A DNA stretch of 64,000 nt from a bacterium (GTDB lineage: Bacteria > Patescibacteriota > Andersenbacteria > UBA10190 > CAIZMI01), in contig JAUSJG010000007.1 in the NCBI GenBank assembly GCA_030647555.1, positions 106,181-170,180 on the forward strand, read 5' to 3'. The notes under the pieces were generated by a model. The model worked only from the letters and a program-made list of their open reading frames with translations, did no database searches and was not told the origin of the DNA. Positions 17,294 to 27,894 of the stretch are shown piece by piece. Each line of letters starts with the position of its first letter. Position 1 is the first letter of the stretch. The position numbers and the translations under genes are program-made.

Positions 17294-19270
17294 CTATTCA
17301 CAAAACTGCCCTGTCTCCAAAACTGTTACCTGATCAGTGACACCAACAAGTCCAAAAGCCTTTACCACGAACTCCGAACTGATTGGTTGCCAGTAGGCAA
17401 CTGTCGGTTGATCAACAACAATGTGAGTCACTTTTAAACGAAGAAGGTTCTGACAAAGACTTATTGAATCGCTCGACTGCAACACTTGTTTAATCTGTGC
17501 TTGTCTGCCCACCAAATCCATCCCCCTCGTCCAAATCCAACCGCCATAACCCAAAACCAAATCGCGCCCCGTTAATGTTACAGGGTCTTTGTGGTAATTA
17601 TCAGTCGCCACTAACACAACGGCGTTTTTCGGCAAAACATCATCTAAATTTTTAGCAACAAGACGATCCTCCGATGTAAACAACGGATAATTGTTTCTAA
17701 AATTAAAGTATGTTGCTGTTTCGGAAATTGTTGTTATGACCATGGATATAAAAATACCGGCCACCGCAACAATAACTACTATTTTAGAGACCTTGTGTCT
17801 TGCCTGTATTATCCAGGCAAAAAGTTGTGCTACAAAGAATGGCAAAAATAAGAACCAAGCAAATAGAAATATTTTATAGTTGTCCCACAAATACGGCTGA
17901 AACTGAATAATATTTCCTAACGTAAAAAGAACAATTACCGGGACAGCAATCAACCAGCGATTCCTACCCCACTTTTTATTACTAATTAAATAAATTGTGA
18001 TCGGAAGAAATAACCCCAGATTAACTATCCAAGACAAGATCCATTGTCCAATACCGGTATCAACTAAATAACCAAGATGAAACGTTGTGAATCCCAAGCG
18101 CGATACCGCGGCACCGAACGATAAAAAAATTGGTAAAGCAATTAGCGCCACAATTACTCCAAGGATAAATATTTTACGATTCGGCTTTAAGGCCCAAAAA
18201 ACAAACCACAAAAGCGCCACCGCAATAAAGGCATGGGCATGAAAAAAAGGCAACAAACCGGAAGCCAAGACTAACGTCACTATAATTATTCTTTTTTTAA
18301 TATGTTCCGTTTGCGTAAGAAGCCAATAAAAAATAAAACTTAATACAGCCAAAAACGCTGCAGCTAATAATAAATGCTTTTGTGATACTAATGTATTCAA
18401 ATGATTTGCCCAGGCAATACCAAGTGCCTCCCGCTTATCCCACACCGGATCATGCACACCAAAGAACCCCGACCAAGACCAAATTCGCTCAACCAATGGC
18501 ATGACAATCCACTGTAGACCGCTCCCCAACATAACCAACAGCATAGCCATTACGCCAGCAAGACGCTTTGGCCAATAACTTATTTCTGCACCAAAACGAT
18601 TACTCAATATATACGATGTAAATCGGGCACTTATTGCCATAAATGCACCCAAAAGCGCAGCTGCCGGCAATGTAAACGCCCCACCGATCGTGAAACCTAA
18701 CCTCAACAATATCCCCGCAACAAAATCATAACCGAACGGTTCATGAAAATTTTCTCCGGCAAAGGCTGGCATTACAAAATTTCCTCCTTGTCTAATCTTA
18801 AATGCCTCGGCGTTTAATGTATGCAAAACACCGTCACCCCAAGAGCCAGAAATTGACCGAATGGTGCCATCACTCATCTCACTCCACCCAAAAAACATTA
18901 ATAAATAACTCACCAAAAATAATCCCAATAAGAGAATTATTTCGTGCCATTTTAATATATCCCTTATTCGACCCGTAATAATTGCTGAAACAAATAAACC
19001 AATCGCAATTATCACAAGAATATTTCCCGAAACAAAAACCCCAATGCCAAGATAATAAAGTGCGCCAGCCAACGCGCCACCAATAATAAAGAATAGAGGC
19101 ACGCCGGCGAGCGCACGGACGGCCCCGCGTGCGATGTTGCGTGGCATGACCAGCAACCCAAGACTTAATGCACCCAACAAAAGCACAAAACCCTCAAACC
19201 ATGCGACAGGCGTTTGAAAATTTGAAGCAGAAAGAAGATCGGAGATGAAAAGCTGAAGCGCAGTAAACAT
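17294..19270 (-). CDS. Polytopic membrane protein, probable GT-C fold glycosyltransferase
   Basis: More than 10 hydrophobic segments, WGD..H in the first loop, soluble C-terminal domain; next to sugar-activation genes. Confidence 0.7.
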   Translation of the reverse strand: MFTALQLFISDLLSASNFQTPVAWFEGFVLLLGALSLGLLVMPRNIARGAVRALAGVPLFFIIGGALAGALYYLGIGVFVSGNILVIIAIGLFVSAIITGRIRDILKWHEIILLLGLFLVSYLLMFFGWSEMSDGTIRSISGSWGDGVLHTLNAEAFKIRQGGNFVMPAFAGENFHEPFGYDFVAGILLRLGFTIGGAFTLPAAALLGAFMAISARFTSYILSNRFGAEISYWPKRLAGVMAMLLVMLGSGLQWIVMPLVERIWSWSGFFGVHDPVWDKREALGIAWANHLNTLVSQKHLLLAAAFLAVLSFIFYWLLTQTEHIKKRIIIVTLVLASGLLPFFHAHAFIAVALLWFVFWALKPNRKIFILGVIVALIALPIFLSFGAAVSRLGFTTFHLGYLVDTGIGQWILSWIVNLGLFLPITIYLISNKKWGRNRWLIAVPVIVLFTLGNIIQFQPYLWDNYKIFLFAWFLFLPFFVAQLFAWIIQARHKVSKIVVIVAVAGIFISMVITTISETATYFNFRNNYPLFTSEDRLVAKNLDDVLPKNAVVLVATDNYHKDPVTLTGRDLVLGYGGWIWTRGMDLVGRQAQIKQVLQSSDSISLCQNLLRLKVTHIVVDQPTVAYWQPISSEFVVKAFGLVGVTDQVTVLETGQFCE

Positions 19271-19278
19271 GATCAGTC

Positions 19279-19416
19279 GTCTTTGCGAGGTGCTTCAGCA
19301 CCGAAGCAATCTCCGTAAAAATAATCATCGCGTTGAGATTGTCGCGCCTCGCCCATTGCAAACAATGGTCGATGGCTCCGGCCGTCGCTAAAGCTATGGC
19401 CGGCAGGCGCAATGAC
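19279..19416. repeat. GTC.TTGCGAG...GAAGCAATCT / AGATTG...CGCAATGAC palindromic element with a nested 30-bp micro-element (19378-19407)
   Basis: Inverted ends plus the CCGGCCGTCGCTAAAGCTATGGCCGGCAGG insert. Confidence 0.75.
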
Positions 19417-19456
19417 TACACCCATATTATTTTTACAAAATTGATCCATGCCGTTT

Positions 19457-21967
19457 CTAGTCCCTAACTACAAAATTTACCAATCGCCCCTTAATTACAA
19501 TCACCTTCCCAATTTCCTTCCCCTCCAACCATTTTTTTATCACTTCTTGTTCGACGGCAATTTTTTGAACCTCATCATCAGACAAACTTTTTTCCACTTC
19601 AACCGCCCCACGAACCTTGCCGTTCACCTGAATTACAATATTCATAGTTTCGTCTTGCAAGAGTGACACGTCAAACTCGGGCCAAACTTGTACCGTTGCA
19701 GACTGATTATTTTCATACGGTTTGGTCTGCATGTTTTGCCACAAATCTTCCGCCAAGTGGGGCGCAAACGGTGCCAAGACAAAAATAAATTTTTCAAAAT
19801 CTTCTTTTGCAATTCCCTCTTTTTCAATCAGATTTATAAACTCCATCATAGATGAAATCGCCGTGTTAAACTTTAAGTTTTCAATATCGTCGCCGACTTT
19901 TTTTATCAATCTGTAAAGTGCTTTTTTAACAGTAGCGTCAGAATCCTGTCCCCTGTCCCCTGTCCCCTGCAAACCCTCTCCAATGCGCCATATTCGATAC
20001 AAAAACCTTGATACACCATTAATTGCGTGATCATCCCACGGTTTATTTTGTTCAAACGGCCCCAAGAACATTTCGAACAATCGCAACGCATCCGCGCCAT
20101 ACTGATCAACCACCTCGTCGGGATTAATTACATTGCCCCGCGATTTGCTCATTTTTTGACCGTCCGGCCCCTGGATCATCCCTTGGTTCCTTAGAGCCTT
20201 GAATGGTTCTTCAAAGGGCAAATAACCGCCGTCGTATAACGCTTTTATCCAAAATCGAGAATACAGTAGATGCAACACAGCGTGTTCCGCCCCACCAACA
20301 TACAAATCTACCGGTAACCAACGCTCAATCTTTTGCCAATCCCAACCAAGTGTTTGATCTTTTGGATCCGCAAAACGCAGGAAATACCAACAAGACCCCG
20401 CCCACTGTGGCATCGTGTTTGTCTCGCGCTTGGCAGACGCGCCACATTTTGGACAAGAAGTATTTACCCAACTTTCAATTCCGGCTAATGGCGACTCACC
20501 CGTGCCAGTCGGTTCGTAATTCTCTACTTCCGGAAGCATAACCGGTAGTTGATCCTCGGGCACCGGTTGCACGCCACATTTTTCACAATGAATAATTGGA
20601 ATCGGTTCGCCCCAGTATCTTTGTCGAGAAAAAACCCAGTCGCGTAATTTGTAGTTTGTTTCCGATTTCGCCAATCCTTTTTCCATCAGCCAAGCAATAA
20701 TTTTCGGTCGCGCCTCGACAGAAGTTAGTCCATCAAAATATTCCGAATTAATTAAGACGCCTTCTCCCTCAAAACATTCTTTCAGTTTTTCAATTTTGGA
20801 AAAGTCCGCCACACCTTCGGGTCGAATTGAAACTTTTAATGGAATACTATATTTTTTGGCTAAATCAAAATCGCGTTGATCGTGAGCATCGGCAAAAACC
20901 GCGCCGGTACCGTAATGTGCCAAAACAAAGTCTGCGATCCAAACAGGCATCGTTTCATTAGTTGCCGGGTTGATTACCGTAATCCCCTTCAAAGGAACGC
21001 CGGTGGCGATGCGTTCCTTTGCGGTACGTTCAATTTCCGCCACACTTTTTGTCGCCGTACGGTATTTTTCCACTTCCTCCCAGTTTTCGACTCGCGTTTT
21101 ATTTTGTTCCACAAAAGGATGCTCGGGCGCCAAAATAGCGTAAGTACCGGAAAATATAGTATCGATACGTGTCGTGTAAACTTCTATATCATCATTGCCC
21201 TGCCCCTTGAACGTAATACGTGCGCCAAAGCTTTTTCCAATCCAATTTCTCTGCAATTCTTTAATTCCAACCGGCCAATCTAAACCATCCAACCCTTCTA
21301 GTAATCGTTCGGAATATTTGGTAATTTTCAGCATCCACTGACGCATATCTTTTTTGATGACTTCCGTATGACAGCGCTCGCAACGACCGCCAACCACTTC
21401 TTCATTGGCCAAACCCGTCTTGCAACTGGGACACCAGTTAATCGGCACCACCGCTTCGTAGGCCAAACCAAGATGGAAAAGCTTAAGAAAAATCCATTGC
21501 GTCCATTTGTAGTAATCGGGATCGGTGGTGTTGATTTCACGCGACCAATCGTACGAAAAACCCATCCGCTTTAACTGCGACTTAAAACGCGCCACATTTT
21601 TTTCAACCAACTTTCGCGGATGTGTTTTTAATTTGATCGCGGTATTTTCGGCCGGTAGACCAAAAGCGTCCCAACCCATCGGGTGCAAAACATTAAAACC
21701 TTTCATGCGCTTGTAGCGCGAATAAATATCCGTTGCCGTGTAACCTTCAACATGGCCGACATGCAGTCCTTCGCCGGAAGGATATGGAAACATGTCCAGA
21801 ACATACAAATCCTTTTCAGGATCGGTTTTCTTTGGATCCCCGATCCCGGTCGGGGATGACTCTGATGAGTCAGTTTTTTCATCGATCGCCTGATAAAGTC
21901 CCAATTTTTCCCAGAGAGCCTGGGCGCGTGGTTCGATCTCTCGGGGAAGGTATTTTTGTTCGTTCAT
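19457..21967 (-). CDS. leuS: Leucine--tRNA ligase
   Basis: [46 protein letters not shown]. Confidence 0.98.
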   Translation of the reverse strand: MNEQKYLPREIEPRAQALWEKLGLYQAIDEKTDSSESSPTGIGDPKKTDPEKDLYVLDMFPYPSGEGLHVGHVEGYTATDIYSRYKRMKGFNVLHPMGWDAFGLPAENTAIKLKTHPRKLVEKNVARFKSQLKRMGFSYDWSREINTTDPDYYKWTQWIFLKLFHLGLAYEAVVPINWCPSCKTGLANEEVVGGRCERCHTEVIKKDMRQWMLKITKYSERLLEGLDGLDWPVGIKELQRNWIGKSFGARITFKGQGNDDIEVYTTRIDTIFSGTYAILAPEHPFVEQNKTRVENWEEVEKYRTATKSVAEIERTAKERIATGVPLKGITVINPATNETMPVWIADFVLAHYGTGAVFADAHDQRDFDLAKKYSIPLKVSIRPEGVADFSKIEKLKECFEGEGVLINSEYFDGLTSVEARPKIIAWLMEKGLAKSETNYKLRDWVFSRQRYWGEPIPIIHCEKCGVQPVPEDQLPVMLPEVENYEPTGTGESPLAGIESWVNTSCPKCGASAKRETNTMPQWAGSCWYFLRFADPKDQTLGWDWQKIERWLPVDLYVGGAEHAVLHLLYSRFWIKALYDGGYLPFEEPFKALRNQGMIQGPDGQKMSKSRGNVINPDEVVDQYGADALRLFEMFLGPFEQNKPWDDHAINGVSRFLYRIWRIGEGLQGTGDRGQDSDATVKKALYRLIKKVGDDIENLKFNTAISSMMEFINLIEKEGIAKEDFEKFIFVLAPFAPHLAEDLWQNMQTKPYENNQSATVQVWPEFDVSLLQDETMNIVIQVNGKVRGAVEVEKSLSDDEVQKIAVEQEVIKKWLEGKEIGKVIVIKGRLVNFVVRD

Positions 21968-21997
21968 AAATAGGATTTTAATCCCAAAGTGCCACTA

Positions 21998-22026
21998 TTG
22001 ACAAGAATATATTTATTAGATATAAT
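21998..22026 (+). promoter_or_regulatory. Perfect sigma70 promoter of orphan 22094
   Basis: TTGACA-17 nt-TATAAT. Confidence 0.85.
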
Positions 22027-22093
22027 TCTCCGTTACTGCAGTTGGGTTCTGGATGGCTCAGAGTGTTATTTCTAAACTAAATAGGAGGTAGTC

Positions 22094-22417
22094 ATGTCTA
22101 ATAATTCGATGGGTGAAAACTGCCATGTAATTACCCAGGGCAATCACTCATTCGCGTGGTTTCAACGCCCATTGCCGCTGGTTTCGTATGATGAGGGATC
22201 AGAGAGAACGCTTCTCGTTGCCATGCACATGTTCGAAAATACTCACCCTGATCTGGAAATCACTGGGTGGCAAATTCAAATGGCCAACAACACGACCAAT
22301 AGTGACCGACAAAGTTACCGTGGTGTCTGGTTCCATCACAAACCCAAGACCCAGGAAACGCCCCGCTCGCGACCGGATGTGAGCTCCCCGCACGACGTCG
22401 GCAGCGACGCCGGTTGA
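22094..22417 (+). CDS. Hypothetical orphan protein
   Basis: AGGAGG Shine-Dalgarno, consensus promoter and downstream terminator. Confidence 0.75.
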   Translation: MSNNSMGENCHVITQGNHSFAWFQRPLPLVSYDEGSERTLLVAMHMFENTHPDLEITGWQIQMANNTTNSDRQSYRGVWFHHKPKTQETPRSRPDVSSPHDVGSDAG

Positions 22418-22436
22418 CCAAGTGTCAAACAACAGC

Positions 22437-22521
22437 CCCGCCCCGACCAACCGGTCCCGGCGGTATTTTTTTGATTTTTTCGCAAAAAAATCAATCCCCC
22501 ATAGCTTTAGCGACGGGGGAT
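22437..22521. repeat. Terminator plus AATCCCCCATAGCTTTAGCGACGGGGGAT module (reverse orientation)
   Basis: Reverse complement of the 46502 module. Confidence 0.75.
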
Positions 22522-22534
22522 ACTTCTCATCCAC

Positions 22535-22559
22535 GTAGGGGCGATTCATGAATTGCCCC
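22535..22559 (+). repeat. Empty GTAG REP
   Basis: GTAGGGGCGATTCATGAATTGCCCC. Confidence 0.8.
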
Positions 22560-22615
22560 AGATTGTTACCGAAACACCCAATAAATCTGATTGATTATCT
22601 CAAACAAACATACCC

Positions 22616-22656
22616 AATAAATCCATATACTATATACCAAATACAATATACAGATT
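22616..22656 (-). repeat. Repeat family A, partial copy 3
   Basis: AATAAATCCATATACTATATACCAAATACAATATACAGATT. Confidence 0.8.
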
Positions 22657-22744
22657 ACGCGGGAGATTGCCCGCCCCTTCAGGGGCGAGGTTCGCCCAGA
22701 TGGGCGACTTCGACACTGAAGTGCCTCGCAAAGACTCATGTATA

Positions 22745-24085
22745 CTATCTCTTCTTCATCACTCTCCGCGCACTATCCACCCGTTTCTTTACTTCCCGCT
22801 CAAAACCCTGCTCCGTTGGTTCGTAATAAATATGATCTTTAATTCGATCCGGTAAATATTGCTGTTCCACGACGTGCCCCTCTCCGCCGTGCGGATCTTT
22901 ATAGCCGACACTGGCGCCTTGTTTAGTCATGTCCGGTACGGGTGCATTTTTAAGGTGGTTCGGCACACGTAATTGCCCATAATGTTCCAAGTCACCTCTA
23001 ACCCCACGCATCGCTTTTTTCACCGCGTCGCTTTTTGGCGATGCCGATAAATAAATACAAGCTTGCGAAAGCGCGTATGATGCCTCCGGTAAACCAACCC
23101 ACTCCAGTGCGTGCCCCGCCGAAACCGCCACCATTAAGGCGTGAGGATCAGCGTTTCCAATATCTTCTGACGCAAAAATAATCATCCGACGCGCGATAAA
23201 TTCCGGATCTTCACCGGCCGATAACATTTTGTGCAACCAAAAAAGTGCAGCGTCCGGTTCACTTCCCCGCATACTTTTAATAAAGGCGGAAATTGTATCG
23301 AAATGCTCATCGCCTTTTGCGTCATATTTAAACGCCCGTGTTTGGATGGCATCTTCAATTTCTTTTAGCTGAATAATTGCGCCAACTTTTTTTGTAATTG
23401 CAGAAAGCTCTAAAGCATTGAGCGCCATCCGTGCGTCACCGCCGGCCATTTGCGCCAAATGTTCCAATGCCTTCGGTTGAATTTTTAGTTTCTGTTTTCC
23501 CAAACCCCGTTCCACATCCTGCAACGCGCTTTCGATAATCTGTTTAATATTTTCATCGGCCAGTGGCGCCAACTGATAAACCTGCGACCGCGACACCAAG
23601 GCCTTAATCACTTCAAAATACGGATTTTCCGTTGTCACCCCAACCAAAGTAATCGTTCCGTCTTCAACATGTGGCAGAAGAATATCCTGTTGCGCTTTAT
23701 TGAAACGATGAATTTCATCAACAACAACAACTGTTCTTTTACCCTGCATCTTGCGTCGCTCGCGCGCCGCCTCGATTACTTTGCGCAAGTCGGCACTGCC
23801 GGCCGTGACCGCGCTAACCGGTTCAAAATAGGCCTCCATTTTGCTGGCAATAATTTCGGCAATCGTCGTTTTGCCCGAGCCCGGCGGGCCATACAAAATA
23901 AGCGAACCGACCTTACCCGATTCAACCGCTTTTCGAAGCAACGCATTCTTACCCAAAATAACTTCTTGCCCCACAAAATCCTCCATTTTCTTTGGCCGCA
24001 TCCGTGCCGCCAAAGGCGCCTCGCTTTGAAGGGCTTTTTTGAGCTGATTATCGAATAAATCTTGATTTTGAGCATCGGTTGACAT
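22745..24085 (-). CDS. rarA: Replication-associated recombination protein A (MgsA)
   Basis: [56 protein letters not shown]. Confidence 0.97.
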   Translation of the reverse strand: MSTDAQNQDLFDNQLKKALQSEAPLAARMRPKKMEDFVGQEVILGKNALLRKAVESGKVGSLILYGPPGSGKTTIAEIIASKMEAYFEPVSAVTAGSADLRKVIEAARERRKMQGKRTVVVVDEIHRFNKAQQDILLPHVEDGTITLVGVTTENPYFEVIKALVSRSQVYQLAPLADENIKQIIESALQDVERGLGKQKLKIQPKALEHLAQMAGGDARMALNALELSAITKKVGAIIQLKEIEDAIQTRAFKYDAKGDEHFDTISAFIKSMRGSEPDAALFWLHKMLSAGEDPEFIARRMIIFASEDIGNADPHALMVAVSAGHALEWVGLPEASYALSQACIYLSASPKSDAVKKAMRGVRGDLEHYGQLRVPNHLKNAPVPDMTKQGASVGYKDPHGGEGHVVEQQYLPDRIKDHIYYEPTEQGFEREVKKRVDSARRVMKKR

Positions 24086-24138
24086 GTGGAATGTATTGTA
24101 ATACAAAAAGTACCCTATGAAAGTGACAGATCCAACGT

Positions 24139-24227
24139 AAGGTCGGACTGCCGAGCGGTCCGACCTTGATTGGTTGCGTCACGTTGTCGGCCAATGAGGG
24201 GCGGACCCCTCGAGGAGTCCGCCCCTC
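24139..24227. repeat. Two REP-like hairpins
   Basis: AAGGTCGGAC/GTCCGACCTT (24139-24167) and GAGGGGCGGAC/GTCCGCCCCTC (24196-24227). Confidence 0.65.
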
Positions 24228-24262
24228 GTCTACATCCAATGCGAAATCTTTTTTGTAAATTT

Positions 24263-24529
24263 TTAGAAGCACTCGCCGAGGTGCAACATTTCGCGCCCCT
24301 TACACGTGCCCTCGCAAACACTCGTATAGGTATGACCATCCGTCGAACAAACTAGCGCATGGCCAGCACCGCAATCACATGAACCCGAATTTACAACCTG
24401 CGTTCTTAGATATGATGCCGGTGACATTGCCACCATCAGAAGAACCACAAATACCAAAGCCAAGCAAACTCCCAAAAGAATTTTCCCGTTATCCAAAAAT
24501 CGTTTTTTCTTTTTTATTTTTTTAGGCAT
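24263..24529 (-). CDS. Membrane-anchored Kazal-type protease-inhibitor domain protein
   Basis: Basic N-terminus plus TM helix, then CxC-x6-VCSTDGHTYTSVC-x3-C-x9-GEC Kazal cysteine pattern. Confidence 0.8.
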   Translation of the reverse strand: MPKKIKKKKRFLDNGKILLGVCLALVFVVLLMVAMSPASYLRTQVVNSGSCDCGAGHALVCSTDGHTYTSVCEGTCKGREMLHLGECF

Positions 24530-24530
24530 C

Positions 24531-24743
24531 CTATTGTTTTCGCCATGTTGAAATTATTACTTTCTTCGCCCCATCACGCTTGTAAACTACAACATATTTG
24601 ATACCACGCCGTTCAATTTCAGACTTATAAATACCATGCCCTTGATATCGAGAAGTACCACGCGAAGCCGAAGTGGTCGCACTATTTCCCACTCCACGCT
24701 GTTTCATGCGCTTCTTGGCGTGTTTGGTGAAGAAAAGACCCAT
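24531..24743 (-). CDS. DUF4258-like small basic protein
   Basis: FTKHAKKRMKQRG ... VVVY ... VIISTW pattern. Confidence 0.75.
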   Translation of the reverse strand: MGLFFTKHAKKRMKQRGVGNSATTSASRGTSRYQGHGIYKSEIERRGIKYVVVYKRDGAKKVIISTWRKQ

Positions 24744-24832
24744 AGTTTGATACTACCATGAATTTCTAAAACTTTCCGTCGTCTTCTTTTTTTATCACTT
24801 GAGTAATTATTATCTTGTGCTATCCTTTTTTC

Positions 24833-25141
24833 ATGTTTGGAATCAATAAATCAACAGAACAAATCAAGTGGAGTGCGGAAGCGGAAGGGGCACTGGAACA
24901 AGCCATCACCCAATTTCCGGGGCCAAAGATGATGATTGGTATGGTAAAAGGCAAACTACGATCGGCCGCAGAAAAGAAAGCTGTCGAACTCGGTCATTCA
25001 GAGGTTCATCCGGAGGATCTTATGCAGGGACTTATGGAAATGTTGCCACAATCAGCACGCAACATGATTGAAAAACGGATGCAAGAAGGCCCGGATGGAA
25101 TTGCAAAACTCCAAGACGATCTTAAGGATTTTAAGGGATAA
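24833..25141 (+). CDS. Small helical protein, PCP-reductase-like C-terminal domain
   Basis: WSAEAE.AL...P......AEK.A...G..EV pattern; TATCCT-6nt-ATG start. Confidence 0.65.
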   Translation: MFGINKSTEQIKWSAEAEGALEQAITQFPGPKMMIGMVKGKLRSAAEKKAVELGHSEVHPEDLMQGLMEMLPQSARNMIEKRMQEGPDGIAKLQDDLKDFKG

Positions 25142-25180
25142 AACAAAATACCCAAAATAATCCCTCCCCGCCTCCCTTTG

Positions 25181-25349
25181 CATTGCTGTCGCGTTAAGAA
25201 AAAAGTAAAAAAATAATACGCTATAGTAAGCCATTTGTTTTGCAAAATATGTTCAAATTCAATTCAAGTCGAAAAATAAATTTCTCTAAAAATTTAGCTT
25301 GCAAAAGGGATTATTTCGGCTTTGTAAAATTATTAACGCGACAGCAATG
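25181..25349. mobile_element. Non-autonomous MITE with IS4/IS231-like ends and a 10-bp target duplication
   Basis: TIR CATTGCTGTCGCGTTAA / TTAACGCGACAGCAATG; CCTCCCTTTG on both sides (25171-25180, 25350-25359). Confidence 0.88.
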
Positions 25350-25417
25350 CCTCCCTTTGAGTAAGGGGAGGAGTTGCACCGTTCCCTCCCTTTTTCAAGG
25401 GAGGGCGAGGGTGGGTT

Positions 25418-26179
25418 TTATTCAATTCCAAACAATTTTCGGGTATTTGCCTCCGTGACTTGAGCAACCTCTTCCACCGATATCCCCTTAATCTCCGCGA
25501 TTTTCTTGGCAATTTCCACGACGTACGCCGGTTCGTTGCGTTGACCACGTACAACCTGTGGCGCCAAAAATGGCGCGTCGGTTTCGATCAATAAACGCTC
25601 AAGCGGCAAATCCTTTACGACAGCGCGTATTTCATCGGCTTTTGGAAATGTCACCATTCCGGCGATGCCTAAATAATACCCTTGATCCAAATAAAATTTT
25701 GCCTCTCCAGGCGTGCCTGTAAAACTATGAATGACCGCATTGAGTTTAAAATTATTTTCACGAATTATTTGTTGAAACTCTTTATGCACGTAACGGACGT
25801 GAAAAATTATCGGCTTATTGTGCGCAACAGCCAAAGTAATAAAACGTAACATCGCTGGGATTTGTTCTTCAAGTGACGGCAGGCGTTCGTTTTTTTCCAA
25901 ACCAATTTCGCCAACTGCTACAACCTTGGGATGCTTCAATAATTCCGCAAAACGCAACCAAAACGCTTCCGTAATATTTTTTATTCCCTCCGGATGTACG
26001 CCAATCGACGCATAAACATTTTCGAATTGTTCGGCGATTTTTACCGGCTTTTCAAAACCAAAACAATCGGCACCGGGGTTAATAATTGTGTTTACGCCCG
26101 CTTGTTTCGCACGACCAATAACCTCCGACCGATCGGCATTAAACTGTTCAACGTCTAAATGACAATGAGAGTCAATCAT
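25418..26179 (-). CDS. tatD: TatD family DNase
   Basis: IDSHCHL, GVHP, GEIGL, HSF, ETDAPFLAP, RNEP. Confidence 0.96.
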   Translation of the reverse strand: MIDSHCHLDVEQFNADRSEVIGRAKQAGVNTIINPGADCFGFEKPVKIAEQFENVYASIGVHPEGIKNITEAFWLRFAELLKHPKVVAVGEIGLEKNERLPSLEEQIPAMLRFITLAVAHNKPIIFHVRYVHKEFQQIIRENNFKLNAVIHSFTGTPGEAKFYLDQGYYLGIAGMVTFPKADEIRAVVKDLPLERLLIETDAPFLAPQVVRGQRNEPAYVVEIAKKIAEIKGISVEEVAQVTEANTRKLFGIE

Positions 26180-26182
26180 CGC

Positions 26183-26264
26183 TTGAATAATGATTTACGA
26201 TTTATGATTAAAGAATACGTCGCCGAATTTCGTCGATTCATAAATCATCAATCGTCATTCATTC
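26183..26264. repeat. Empty inverted ATGA(A/T)TN heptamer element between metG and tatD
   Basis: Left and right arrays as around the four-helix-bundle gene, separated by only ~20 bp. Confidence 0.8.
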
Positions 26265-27685
26265 TTCGGAAACAATACCGGCGGGTTTGTGATTTTTCCG
26301 TCACTGTCTATAGAGTCCGAAATTGTCTTCGCTGTTTTTGGCATTACCTCTTTTATCGCCCTCGCAATTAAATCAATTGCGTTTAATACCTGTTGGATTG
26401 TTTGAGCACGTTGTACTTCATCCGCATTTTTCCACGGTGCTTTTGCATCAAGATACACATTCGCCTTACGCGCCCAATTCAAAATACGCTCAAAGATTTT
26501 TTCTAATGATTCATCATTATACATATCTTTTATATCTTGCGCGTCATAAATCTCGCTTGTTTCACTGTCAACGTGTTTGACACTAAATTTTTCCGCCAAA
26601 TTAAAAGTTCTTCTTACAAGATTACCAAGCACATTAGCCAGTTCATTATATTTTTCGTCAAACCGATCAACAGCAATGTCGCCTGAATTTCCAAACGGAA
26701 GCGCTGTAATAATTAAGTAGCGCGCAACGTCTGAACCGTATTTATCAACAATATCAATCGGGTCGATAACATTTCCCAAGCTCTTACTCATCTTTTGACC
26801 ATTGATTGTAAAAAATCCGTGAATGGAAAGCGATTTGGGTAATTCTAACCCCAGCGCCAATAAAATCGCTGGCCAATAAACGGCATGAAATTTTAGAATC
26901 TCTTGCGCCATTACCTGTACATCCGCCGGCCAGAATTTTTTCAGTTGCTCATCATTTTCCGAACCATAGCCCAAGGCGGTAACATAATTTAACAACGCAT
27001 CCAGCCAGACATAAGCCACTTGAGTGGAATCAAACGGAAGTTCAATTCCCCACTTGAGGCGTTCTTTTGATCTGGAGATAGAGAAATCTTCCAGTCCTTG
27101 CTGAAATAGCCCCAAAACTTCATTTTTCCGCTCTGTGGGTAAAATTAATATCCGATCGGCCTCAATCGCACTCTTAATTTCCGGCAAAAATTTAGCGAGG
27201 TTGAAGAACCAATTTTTTTCTTCCACTACCACCGGTTTCTTTTGGTGTAGCGGTTCCAAACCGTTCTCGTCCAAATCTTTTTCGGTTACAAAGGCTTCAC
27301 ACCCAGTGCAATAAAGACCTGTATAGGTTTTTTCGTAAATAACGCCTGTTTCTTTGAGTTTGTTTAACGCGTAAATAACGCCTTGTTCATGCCGCTTGTC
27401 AGTAGTACGAATAAAATCTGAATAACCAATATCAAGTTTTTGCCAACAATCTTTAAAGCTCTGGGCAATTTCATCAACAAATTGTTGAGGTTCTTTTCCA
27501 GCAACAGTAGCAGTGTCGGCCACTTTCGCGCCATGTTCATCGGTACCGGTGAGAAAAAAAATATCCTCGCCGCGCCCTTTATGCAAACGCGCCAAAACAT
27601 CCGCCGCAATGGTCGTATAAGCATGACCAATGTGAGGCTTGCCATTGGCGTAGTAGATGGGCGTAGTTATTGAATAGCGATCCAT
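26255..27685 (-). CDS. metG: Methionine--tRNA ligase (short form)
   Basis: ITTPIYYAN..HIGH, TGTDEHG, YVWLDAL.NY, KMSKSLGN. Confidence 0.97.
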   Translation of the reverse strand: MDRYSITTPIYYANGKPHIGHAYTTIAADVLARLHKGRGEDIFFLTGTDEHGAKVADTATVAGKEPQQFVDEIAQSFKDCWQKLDIGYSDFIRTTDKRHEQGVIYALNKLKETGVIYEKTYTGLYCTGCEAFVTEKDLDENGLEPLHQKKPVVVEEKNWFFNLAKFLPEIKSAIEADRILILPTERKNEVLGLFQQGLEDFSISRSKERLKWGIELPFDSTQVAYVWLDALLNYVTALGYGSENDEQLKKFWPADVQVMAQEILKFHAVYWPAILLALGLELPKSLSIHGFFTINGQKMSKSLGNVIDPIDIVDKYGSDVARYLIITALPFGNSGDIAVDRFDEKYNELANVLGNLVRRTFNLAEKFSVKHVDSETSEIYDAQDIKDMYNDESLEKIFERILNWARKANVYLDAKAPWKNADEVQRAQTIQQVLNAIDLIARAIKEVMPKTAKTISDSIDSDGKITNPPVLFPKNE

Positions 27686-27734
27686 GAGAGGAGTGTAGGG
27701 ATAATTTAATGTTTAGACAAGAAAGAAATCCATT

Positions 27735-27853
27735 AAATCCCAAACCCCAATGACCAATGTCCAACAAAATCCCAATTTTCAAAATACCAAAAACGTTTTG
27801 GCCATTTGAGATTTAGAATATTGTTGGGATTTGGGGTTTGGTCATTGGGATTT
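27735..27853. repeat. Inverted heptamer element of a second sequence type (CCCAAAT/CCCAATG)
   Basis: AAATCCCAAACCCCAATGACCAA ... TTGGGATTTGGGGTTTGGTCATTGGGATTT. Confidence 0.75.
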
Positions 27854-27894
27854 AAAAACATGAGTATTTCTAAATATTCAAGTATAATTTCCCC

